Shown: in pieces, positions 1 to 8,414 of the stretch | Layout: every line of letters begins with the position of its first letter | Numbering within the stretch: position 1 is the first letter of the stretch | Source: Promethearchaeota archaeon | GTDB lineage: Archaea > Asgardarchaeota > Lokiarchaeia > Sigyniarchaeales > SOKP01 | Direction of reading: 5' to 3' | DNA length: 45,850 bases | NCBI GenBank assembly: GCA_048938025.1 | Contig: JBHLMP010000031.1 | Span: 1-45,850, forward strand | Made by a program: the position numbers and the translations under genes | Notes under the pieces: generated by a model | The model's database searches: none | What the model saw: the letters and a program-made list of their open reading frames with translations, nothing else | What the model was told of the DNA's origin: nothing

Positions 1-1309
1 AGAGTATAGTTGGTCCGGGAATACCTGCATCCGTACTAGCATCTATAGTTAGGTTATATTTGGCAATGAACGCGTCAGTATAACCCTCCTCCGAACTATT
101 GGTGTACCCAGTAATGTAGAGATTTCCCGCTCCATCTAACGCAATACCGTTTCCAGAATCACCGTTGTTGCCGCCCCAAGTGATATTCAGTAAGGACGTT
201 CCGACACTGTCATATTTGGCAATGAACGCGTCAGAGTAACCCGCCCCAAAGCTAGAGGTGTCACCGGTAATGTAGAGATTTCCCGCTCCATCTAACGCAA
301 TACCGTTTCCAGAATCACCGTTGTTGCCGCCCCAAGTGATATTCAGTAAGGACGTTCCGACACTGTCATATTTGGCAATGAACGCGTCAGAGTAACCCGC
401 CCCAAAGCTAGAGGTGTCACCGGTAATGTAGAGATTTCCCGCTCCATCTAACGCAATACTTCTTGCAACATCCGTGTTGCTGCCGCTCCAAGTGATATTC
501 AGTAAGGACGTTCCGGCACTGTCATATTTGGCAATGAACGCATCATAATCACCCGCCCCAAAGCTGTTGGTGATCCCGGTAATGTAGAGATTTCCCGCTC
601 CATCTAACGCAATACCGTTTCCAGAATCATCGTAGTTGCCACCCCAAGTGATATTCAGTAAGGACGTTCCGGCACTGTCATATTTAGCAATGAACGCATC
701 ATAACCACCCGCCCCAAAGCTAGAGGTAGCTCCGGTAATGTAGAGATTTCCCGCTCCATCTACCGTAATACCGGTTGCAGCATCATAGGTGCCGCCGCCC
801 CAGGTGATATTCAGTAAGGATGTTCCAGTACTGTCATATTTGGCAATGAACGCATCATAATAACCTGCCCCAAAGCTAGAGGTAGCCCCGGTAATGTAGA
901 GATTTCCCGCTCCATCTAACGCAATACCGTTTCCAGAATCATCGTAGTTGCCACCCCAAGTGATATTCAGTAAGGACGTTCCGGCACTGTCATATTTAGC
1001 AATGAACGCATCAGAATTACCTGCCCCAAAACTAGAGGTGTGCCCGGTAATGTAGATATTTCCCGCTCCATCTACCGTAATACCGTTTCCAGAATCATGG
1101 TTGCTGCCGCCCCAGGTGGTATCGAAATCTAGGGTATAATCAGCCGTAGCAGCGATTTTTAGATAATTCTCTCTGAGCACAAAATTATCTCCGTCTTTTC
1201 CCAAGTTTATGTTAAAGGAATTGGAAGGGCTTTGATTATATTCCGTGAAACATATCGTTGCCATTAAGAAGAAGCCAATTCCCACAATTAAAATGTGTTT
1301 TTTATTCAT
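1..1309 (-). CDS. Secreted SBBP-type beta-propeller repeat protein (3' end outside the window)
   Basis: Hand translation from ATG 1309 (alternative in-frame TTG 1327): signal-like MNKKHILIVGIGFFLMATIC, then 7 x 52-aa repeats (WGGxxxDSGNGIALDGAGNLYITGxTSSFGAGxxDAFIAKYDSxGTSLLNIT), then TIDASTDAGIPGPTIL at the window edge. No stop seen; absent from the ORF track. Confidence 0.9.
   Translation of the reverse strand, partial: MNKKHILIVGIGFFLMATICFTEYNQSPSNSFNINLGKDGDNFVLRENYLKIAATADYTLDFDTTWGGSNHDSGNGITVDGAGNIYITGHTSSFGAGNSDAFIAKYDSAGTSLLNITWGGNYDDSGNGIALDGAGNLYITGATSSFGAGYYDAFIAKYDSTGTSLLNITWGGGTYDAATGITVDGAGNLYITGATSSFGAGGYDAFIAKYDSAGTSLLNITWGGNYDDSGNGIALDGAGNLYITGITNSFGAGDYDAFIAKYDSAGTSLLNITWSGSNTDVARSIALDGAGNLYITGDTSSFGAGYSDAFIAKYDSVGTSLLNITWGGNNGDSGNGIALDGAGNLYITGDTSSFGAGYSDAFIAKYDSVGTSLLNITWGGNNGDSGNGIALDGAGNLYITGYTNSSEEGYTDAFIAKYNLTIDASTDAGIPGPTIL
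56..1120 (-). repeat. Seven tandem 156-nt coding repeats (propeller blades)
   Basis: Motif t(g/a)gcaatgaacgc recurs at 61, 217, 373, 529, 685, 841 and 997. Trp codons fall at 1114, 958, 802, 646, 490, 334 and 178. Confidence 0.97.
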
Positions 1310-1327
1310 TAATCTATACTTTGTCAA

Positions 1328-1371
1328 ATTTATTTCACTTTTTGGTTATATTTATTTCACTTTTTGGTCAT
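1328..1371. repeat. 22-bp tandem duplication immediately upstream of the propeller gene
   Basis: atttatttcactttttggttat followed by atttatttcactttttggtcat (1 mismatch), with a partial third copy ttttgggtcat at 1381-1391. Confidence 0.9.
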
Positions 1372-1589
1372 AATATACTATTTTGGGTCATTCATATTTA
1401 ACTTTATCTATATGTTTGAGCAACTCTTTCAATTCTCCTCCCGAAGAAAAAATTTTTATTATTTAAGAATTTGTGTCATCTTAGTTAAGATAATTCAAAT
1501 AGACTTTAATCATAATATTAATAAATCTTTTAACATATTTGTAATAGTACTTATTATAATTTAAAAATAAACAACTAGAGGGAGAATTA

Positions 1590-2225
1590 ATGGTTAAAAA
1601 GCATTTAGAAGTTGAGAATGCTGCAATAAAATTAGGGTTTATGAACTTTCCTTTAACGGTTTTATATGGGAAATGTAAATCATGGAGTCCTAGAACATTG
1701 GGCTTTGATAAGACTTTATCAGTTCTGTCATCAGGATTTTTTCAGTCTACTTCAGGATCTATTACAGATACTGCAAGGCTTATAATTTGGATGTTAGAAA
1801 TAAAGTATCAACTTAAGCCCGAAAAACTTAAAAATATCAATAAACCTTCTGAAAAACCTCGGTTTTTCTTTGGGTATGGTTTTGAGAAGAAATTACATAA
1901 GTATTATATTCTTGCTCCTACAGAAAAATTATACATTGAACTCAATAATAAAACGGGAACCATGAAAAAGCAAGGATTTCAGTTAAAAATCTATTCTTCA
2001 GAAGAAGAGCATAAGTATAACATTGCGAAATGGATTAATGAATTCTATGGTGGAATTCTTAATCATGTTGATAATTGGGAACATATAGAAGAATATTTTA
2101 ATGTGAGCTCTGAGGAATGTATTAGAAATTGGAATTCAATCTTAGAAAAGTCTGATCAGGCTGATATTAGCCTTACTAAAGAACAAATCTCAAAACTTAG
2201 ACTTTCTGGTTGGTGGAATTCTTAA
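1590..2225 (+). CDS. Hypothetical protein
   Basis: 211-aa ORF with a gagggag RBS-like motif upstream; no motif recognised. Confidence 0.7.
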   Translation: MVKKHLEVENAAIKLGFMNFPLTVLYGKCKSWSPRTLGFDKTLSVLSSGFFQSTSGSITDTARLIIWMLEIKYQLKPEKLKNINKPSEKPRFFFGYGFEKKLHKYYILAPTEKLYIELNNKTGTMKKQGFQLKIYSSEEEHKYNIAKWINEFYGGILNHVDNWEHIEEYFNVSSEECIRNWNSILEKSDQADISLTKEQISKLRLSGWWNS

Positions 2226-2253
2226 TCATATTGATAATTGGGAACATATAGAA
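2048..2253 (+). repeat. 43-bp direct repeat pair (2048-2090 and 2211-2253)
   Basis: tggtggaattcttaatcat(g/a)ttgataattgggaacatatagaa, 1 mismatch, offset 163 nt. Confidence 0.95.
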
Positions 2254-2265
2254 TATATATAAAAA

Positions 2266-3174
2266 TTATTCACCTTTACTTTGTCTTCTTCTGTATATTA
2301 TATATGAAAGGGATAAGAAGATTATAATGTAGATTATCATCCCTATAGCAGCTGTAAATTCATTTGGGGTAAGCCAATAAGAGTATTCCATTTCAGCTCC
2401 TGGAGGTCCTTCCATTGATGTAATATAACGTTCTGTAGGCATTTCTAAGCTCTCACTTATTATATATCCAAAATAATTAAACAGAAAAAACATTGGAATT
2501 TCATTGTTTTTAGTTACACCAGAATAATTCAAAATGAATGGGATCATTTCCATAACTATTAATAACAGAAAAATACTGGTAATTATCGTAAACGAAGTGC
2601 TTTTCATGAAACTACTTAGGAATGTTATGAAAGATAATAAAACAAAAGCATACAATAATGACCATCCTATAGAGTAAAATATGGTAATGCTTACTTCTCC
2701 ATATTTAATGAAAGCAGTTATAGATACTAAAGTATAAAAGAACGTTATGCATACGCCATTTAATATATAATTGGAAATTAACCTTCCTATAAGTAAGCGA
2801 GTTTTACTTGTTTTTGGAAATAACAAATTACCTGTTTGCCTATAGAAATCTTCTGCTATTATAGAACCACCAAAAGCAGCAGTACTTATCAGAAGTGACA
2901 TTGAAAACCATCCACCAATATAATTTTTCATGAGAGTAGCTGAATTATTAGGTGCCACTTCACCCATTAAATCCGATAAAAATTCATTTAATAGAAACGA
3001 CAAGAAAAATATGCCAAAATACACAAACAACATCAAATATAATTTTTTCACATTCTTCTTTAGTTCAAATTTAACTGTGTCTCCTATTTGTATTAAGTCT
3101 CTTCTAAGACCAGCTTTTTGTCTATCGATTTCTAATTCTTGTAATCTAAATTTTTGTTTTGTAACTAATCCCAT
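2266..3174 (-). CDS. ABC-2 type transporter permease
   Basis: About six hydrophobic segments, EDFYRQTGNLLFPKTSKTRLLIGR ABC-2 motif, 3 nt downstream of an ABC ATPase. Confidence 0.85.
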   Translation of the reverse strand: MGLVTKQKFRLQELEIDRQKAGLRRDLIQIGDTVKFELKKNVKKLYLMLFVYFGIFFLSFLLNEFLSDLMGEVAPNNSATLMKNYIGGWFSMSLLISTAAFGGSIIAEDFYRQTGNLLFPKTSKTRLLIGRLISNYILNGVCITFFYTLVSITAFIKYGEVSITIFYSIGWSLLYAFVLLSFITFLSSFMKSTSFTIITSIFLLLIVMEMIPFILNYSGVTKNNEIPMFFLFNYFGYIISESLEMPTERYITSMEGPPGAEMEYSYWLTPNEFTAAIGMIIYIIIFLSLSYIIYRRRQSKGE

Positions 3175-3177
3175 TTT

Positions 3178-4254
3178 TTATACCTCCATTATAATTCGTT
3201 TTTGTTTCAGATTTGGATCAGTATTGTTAATAGGTAGATTACTTGTTCTGGGATTAATAAGATCTATAAAGAGGTCTTCAAGTAAACCTGCTTTTGGTAC
3301 AGAAAATTCAATTACCTTATAATCATGTCTTAGGAGAACCTTTAGTATTTTTAATTGATTTTTAGGATTTCCATCAAATAATATCTGGAATATTTTGGCA
3401 TCTTTTTTATAATTTAACCAATTTATCTTATTGGAAACTCCTGTATATGGAGTAATTATTTCTTTTAAATGATTTAATACACTCTCCAAATTATCTTCTT
3501 CAGGATGATCAAGTAATTCAATATTAATAATACTCTTTTTAGCTTTAGATTCTAAATTATCAATAGTGTCAAAAGCAATGATTTTTCCTTTATTTATTAT
3601 TGCGATCCTGTCGGCAACTTCACTAATCTCATAAAGTAAATGACTACTAAGAAATATTGTTTTACCCATTTTTTTTAAATCTAAAATAAAATCTCTTACT
3701 TCTCTTCTTGCTTGAGGATCTAATCCTGTTTGCGGTTCATCTAAAACAACAATATCAGGATTATGAATTATTGCAGAAGCTATACCTATTTTTTGACGCA
3801 TCCCTTTTGAAAAAGTTTTAATTTTCTTATCTATCCAATTGATCATTCCAAACATTTCGATAACATCCTCAATTCGTTGATTAACTTTATTTTTAGGATA
3901 TCCCTTAAGCTTAGCAAAATATTTCAAAATCTGGCGTGGTGTTACATTCCCATAGAAAGCAGGATTTTCTATTAAAAATCCAATATTATCCAATAAAAAG
4001 TCTTTATTATGGCTTGATAATTTTTGTAATTTTCCATTACCACGAATCCAAATTTCTCCTTTTGTAGGTTTTAGAAGGTAAGCCATCATCTTCATAGTAG
4101 TGGATTTACCAGCACCGTTTGGACCAAGAAATCCGACTATTTCACCCCTTTTTATATCAATATTGATATTAGAAACAGCATGGAAATCCTCGAATTTTTT
4201 TGTAAGGTTTTTAAAACGAATAATTACATCATTCTTGTCTGAGTTCATTTTCAT
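3178..4254 (-). CDS. ABC transporter ATP-binding protein
   Basis: Walker A GPNGAGKST, signature FSKGMRQK, Walker B VVLDEP, H-loop SSH. Confidence 0.95.
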   Translation of the reverse strand: MKMNSDKNDVIIRFKNLTKKFEDFHAVSNINIDIKRGEIVGFLGPNGAGKSTTMKMMAYLLKPTKGEIWIRGNGKLQKLSSHNKDFLLDNIGFLIENPAFYGNVTPRQILKYFAKLKGYPKNKVNQRIEDVIEMFGMINWIDKKIKTFSKGMRQKIGIASAIIHNPDIVVLDEPQTGLDPQARREVRDFILDLKKMGKTIFLSSHLLYEISEVADRIAIINKGKIIAFDTIDNLESKAKKSIINIELLDHPEEDNLESVLNHLKEIITPYTGVSNKINWLNYKKDAKIFQILFDGNPKNQLKILKVLLRHDYKVIEFSVPKAGLLEDLFIDLINPRTSNLPINNTDPNLKQKRIIMEV

Positions 4255-4585
4255 TGTTTCTTTTACTTTGACTTTTAAAAAACAAAAAAAATGAATTGAA
4301 TTTTAAATTTTTATAGACCAATTTTTAAGAAGAATAATAAAAGGAAAAAAATGTTAAACACTTAAACCTTAATTTTTGATTCAAATAATATTAAAATCTT
4401 GAGAAATTTTTTGTTATAATTATCATGTCTTATCCTAAGAGATATGAAAAATGATAATAATTGGATTTTAATAATATAGACTATTTACAAGATCATAAAT
4501 ATATTTTTTGATTAGCAATTCTTGATATAGGAAAGTAGAAAAGAAGAAACCTATGGAGGAAAGAATTAAACACAAGGTGTATAAA

Positions 4586-6562
4586 TTGTCTGGAAAACAG
4601 ACCAAGGATAATAATGAACCAGAATTGCCAATTGTTGGCGTTTTCGTGTGTCGCTGAGGAATAAATATTGCTGGTATCTTAGATGTCCCGAGAATTGTTG
4701 AAGAGCTTAATAGATTAGAAGGTGTAAAAGCTTTTGAATATCTTAGTATGTGTACTGAAGGAGGATCATCTTATATAAAGGAGCAAATTGAAGAAAGTAA
4801 AATTGAGAGAATTGTTGTAGCTGCTTGTACTCCTAGAACTCATCAACCAGTTTTTCATGCTATACTTGCTGAAGCTGGTTTACCTCCTAGATATTTGGAA
4901 TTTGTTAATATAAGAGAACATTGTAGCTTTGTTCATCAAGCTCCAGAAGTACGTGAAAAAGCAATTCAGAAAGCAATTGAACTCATAAAAGCAGGAATAG
5001 CACGTTCTAGATTATTAGAAGATGTTCCAATAAGAGTAGTACCTGTTAAGCCGGTGGCTCTTGTTGTCGGAGGAGGAATTGCTGGATTATCTGCTGCTGT
5101 CGATTTAGGTGATGCTGGATTTAAAGTCTATCTCGTTGAAAAGAATACAACGATTGGGGGTAGGATGAGTCAATTAGACCGAACATTCCCAACAGATGAT
5201 TGTTCAATATGAATTCTCGGTCCTAAGATGTTAGAGGCAAATCGTCATCCAAATATTGAGATTTTATCATATAGTGAAGTTATTGAAGTCGATGGATATA
5301 TTGGAAATTTTAAGGTTAAAGTTAAAAAGAAGTCAAGATTTGTAGATGATATTAAATGTACAGGTTGTGGAGCATGTCCAGAAGTATGCCCTATTTATGT
5401 ACCTAATTATTTTGATGAAAATCTTTCAGCAAGAAAATGCATTGATATCGCTTTTGCTCAAGCTGTTCCTGCAATTTTTGATATTGCAAGAGAATCTTGT
5501 GTAGAATGTTTTGCTTGTGTTGATTCATGTGAAGAAGATGCTATTGATTTTAGTATTCAAGATAAAGAAGTTGAACTTGAAGTTGGTACTATAATTGTTG
5601 CTACAGGGTGGGATCTCTATCAAGGATCAGATTATGGATATGGTACTTTCGATAATGTTATAAATCAAATCGAGTTGGAGCGGATTCTTGCACCTAATGG
5701 TCCCACTTATGGACATTTAAAACGGCCGTCTGATGGGAAACGTCCTACCAAAGTATTATTCATTAATTGCGTAGGATCGAGAGACATAAATAAAAATGCT
5801 CATTGCAGTGTGATATGTTGTAATTTATCTCTTAAAAACTCAAAACTCATCAAATCAGAATATCCTGATTCCCAAATAGTTTGTTGTTATATAGATATGA
5901 GATGTGCAGGAAAAGATTATGAAGAGTACTATAGACGTTCACGAGAAAAAGGAATTATCTTCTTAAAAGGAATGGTTGGTAAAATTGAAGAAGATCCATT
6001 AACTAAAAATCTAAAAGTACAGTTTGAACCTGTTGGTACAGATACAATTGTCGAGATGGAGTTTCATATGGTTATATTATCATCAGCATCACTCCCATCT
6101 AAAGGTACTGTAGAGATCGCGAGAGTTTTAAATATGGAAAAAAGTCCAGATGGGTTCCTAAAAGAATTTCATGCTCGACTTGATCCAATCAGTACAAAGG
6201 TCCCTGGAATATATATATGCGGTTCAGCTCAAGGGCAAAAAGAAATTGATAAAGCAGTCAGCCAAGCAAAGGGGGCTGCATCTACAGCAAGTATCCCAAT
6301 GAGTAAAAAAGAATACGTTATGGAGTTAATTCGGGCTACACCTTTAGATGAACGTTGTGCCAAATGTTACAAATGTATAGAGTCATGTCCATATAGTGCG
6401 ATTTCAGTAAATGAGAAAGGAAATCTAGTAGTGGATATTATTTTATGCCGAGGATGTGGAACTTGTGAATCTGTTTGTCCTTCTAAAGCAATTGAGTTAA
6501 CATATTTTAGAGATGATCAATATATGGCATTAATTGATGCATTACTTCCTATTGGGGATTAA
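4586..6562 (+). CDS. hdrA: Heterodisulfide reductase subunit A, selenoprotein (Sec at codons 24 and 209; 658 aa)
   Basis: TTG 4586 after aggtgt. ORF-track pieces 4748-5212 and 5228-6562 are in the same frame. TGA 4655-4657 reads VGVFVCR-U-GINIAG (CxCG motif) and TGA 5210-5212 reads FPTDDCSI-U-ILGPKM. Also GGGIAG FAD motif, HCSVICC and ferredoxin CxxCxxCxxxCP motifs. Confidence 0.93.
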
Positions 6563-6575
6563 AGAGGTTAATAAT

Positions 6576-7031
6576 ATGACAGAAAAAGAAGATATTAAAA
6601 TTATAGCATTTTTATGCTGGAAATGAGGATATGGATCAGCGGACATGGCAGGAACTATTCGAGCTCAATATCCATCATCTATTAGAACAGTTTTAGTTCC
6701 TTGTACAGGAAGAATTGGATCAGATTTAGTGATGCGTGCGTTTGGAAGAGGTGCAGATGGCGTCATGATTATTGGATGATACCCTAAAGAATGTGATTAT
6801 GAAACAGGAAATTATTTTGCATATCGTCTAGTTGAATACTTAAAAGAGGTTTTAAAAGCTATAGGGATTAATCAAGAGCGGTTATATTTCGGATATTGTA
6901 CTGCGGCTGAAGGTCAAAAATTTCAAATCAAAGCAACAGATTTCGACAAAGTAATACGTAATTTAGGTCCAAGTCCTTTACATACTAAAGGCGGCACACC
7001 AGAAAAAGCGAAAGCGAAAGCTGAAGCTTAA
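6576..7031 (+). CDS. mvhD: MvhD/VhuD [2Fe-2S] hydrogenase delta subunit, selenoprotein (Sec at codons 17 and 68; 151 aa)
   Basis: ATG 6576 after gagg. Reads AFLCWK-U-GYGSADMAG (TGA 6624-6626), VPCTGRI, ADGVMIIG-U-YPKECDYETGN (TGA 6777-6779), AAEGQKF, ending at TAA 7029-7031. Missed entirely by the ORF track. Confidence 0.93.
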
Positions 7032-7037
7032 AAATTA

Positions 7038-7109
7038 ATGTGTTAACTAATGATTCTGAGTTAGAAAAATGAGAACTCAGTTGAAGAAATGGTTGCACCA
7101 TTGACACAT
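7038..7109 (+). promoter_or_regulatory. Eukaryote-type (Lokiarchaeal) SECIS element
   Basis: Basal helix atgtgtta(a)/(t)tgacacat. Core A-UGAU (7050-7054) opposite UGAA (7082-7085) gives tandem G.A/A.G. Upper helix ctgagtt/aactcag with A-rich apical loop agaaaaatgag. Starts 7 nt after the mvhD stop. Confidence 0.88.
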
Positions 7110-7220
7110 AAAATTGTAATATTAATAATTATAAAATTGGAAAAAAAAATTATAGATAGGAATATTTAAGAAAATTTTTTTAAGAAAAAGTTAAATTTAA
7201 GAATATAGAGTTGGAATTAC

Positions 7221-8360
7221 ATGGATGCAATGGCAGAATATCTAATAAAAATAGAAGATTTTCCCAAGATTTTAGAAACATTATTAAAAGAAAAAGTAGT
7301 AGATAAGATAATTGGAGCCGAAACTAGAATAGATAAAAAAACTGAAAAAGAAGATAGGTTTACTGTACAACCTAAATTATATGAAAAACCGGAAGATGTC
7401 AAGGCTTTCCCATTAACAAATCTAATTACATATGGGTATGCTAGAACCGATTCAGCTTCAAAATATTTACATAAATCAGTAGAAGGAGCAATGAAAGAAA
7501 AAGTAGCACTCATTGCTCGACCTTGCGATACAAGAGCTTTAATCGAATTAGCAAAAATAAGACAAGTCAATTTAGAAAATTTATTTATCATCGCTTTTGA
7601 AGATAGAGGAATGGTAATTAATGTATCACGGCAAATGAGAAGTTATAAAGACATCGATCCTACAAAAGTAGTTAAAGAAAAGATTGGAGATAAAGGATTA
7701 ATCCTTCAATTTGATGATGGAAAAACCAAAGAAATTGATTTACATATTGCAGAAAATTGTTCAAGATGTACAAGAAAAATCCCTGTTGTAGCAGATTTAG
7801 GAATTAGTGATTTAGGAATTCCAATAGATTCAGATGAAATTATTTTAAAAGTGTATTCTGACAAAGGGAATGAAGTATTAGAAAAGTCAAAAATAAAAAC
7901 AAAACCCATTCCAGATGATGTTAAAAAGTCCCATATGGATAAGATAAAGGAAATTAAAGAGAATGCAATAGCTAAAAGAGCAAAAGATTTAGAAGAATGG
8001 GGAAAACTTTCACAAGAAGAAAAAATGGCTAAGCTTCAAGACTGTACTATGTGTAATACATGTATTCGTGGATGCCCAGTTTGTTATTGTGTTGATTGTA
8101 TATTACAAAAGAAACGAAAAGAGAAAATAATTAATAAAGAAACGTATCAATTAACTCGGATTGCTCATGTTGCAGACCGTTGTATTGAATGTGGTAATTG
8201 TGATAATAACTGTCCACAGCACTTACCATTATCTCTATACTTTCAATCATTAAATGAAGCATTTAAAGAAAAATTTAAATATTCATCCGGAGAAAGTGTA
8301 GATGATATACCTTTCCGTTCTGGAAAGGCAATTGCTGAGATGGAATTAGAAAAAAGTTAA
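7221..8360 (+). CDS. FdhB/FrhB-family (F420-dependent dehydrogenase beta) subunit with 4Fe-4S clusters
   Basis: KVALIARPCDTRALIELAK, CSRC, CTMCNTCIRGCPVCYC, CIECGNCDNNCP. Confidence 0.85.
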   Translation: MDAMAEYLIKIEDFPKILETLLKEKVVDKIIGAETRIDKKTEKEDRFTVQPKLYEKPEDVKAFPLTNLITYGYARTDSASKYLHKSVEGAMKEKVALIARPCDTRALIELAKIRQVNLENLFIIAFEDRGMVINVSRQMRSYKDIDPTKVVKEKIGDKGLILQFDDGKTKEIDLHIAENCSRCTRKIPVVADLGISDLGIPIDSDEIILKVYSDKGNEVLEKSKIKTKPIPDDVKKSHMDKIKEIKENAIAKRAKDLEEWGKLSQEEKMAKLQDCTMCNTCIRGCPVCYCVDCILQKKRKEKIINKETYQLTRIAHVADRCIECGNCDNNCPQHLPLSLYFQSLNEAFKEKFKYSSGESVDDIPFRSGKAIAEMELEKS

Positions 8361-8366
8361 TTGTAA

Positions 8367-8388
8367 TTTTTTTAAATTTTAATTTTTT
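8367..8388 (+). terminator. Oligo-T archaeal terminator candidate
   Basis: T-tracts directly after the stop, between convergent genes. Confidence 0.4.
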
Positions 8389-8414
8389 AATACTACTTTT
8401 TAGCTTAGAGTTTT

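Noticed and set aside
56-1120. Regular repeats resembling a CRISPR array
   Set aside because: The period is 156 nt (52 codons), the frame is open throughout, there are no unique spacers and no cas genes.
1364-1564. 66-aa TTG-start ORF
   Set aside because: Low-complexity AT-rich sequence overlapping a divergent promoter region; likely spurious.
2048-2253. 43-bp repeat pair as a mini-CRISPR
   Set aside because: Only two copies with a 120-nt gap, and the first lies inside coding sequence.
4424-4500. Possible 5' SECIS upstream of hdrA (ATGA near 4444)
   Set aside because: No convincing upper helix or opposing GA could be formed by eye.
4586-7031. hdrA/mvhD as pseudogenes, or genome-wide UGA reassignment
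   Set aside because: The interruptions are only TGA at conserved Cys sites with a SECIS downstream, and TGA terminates other genes normally.
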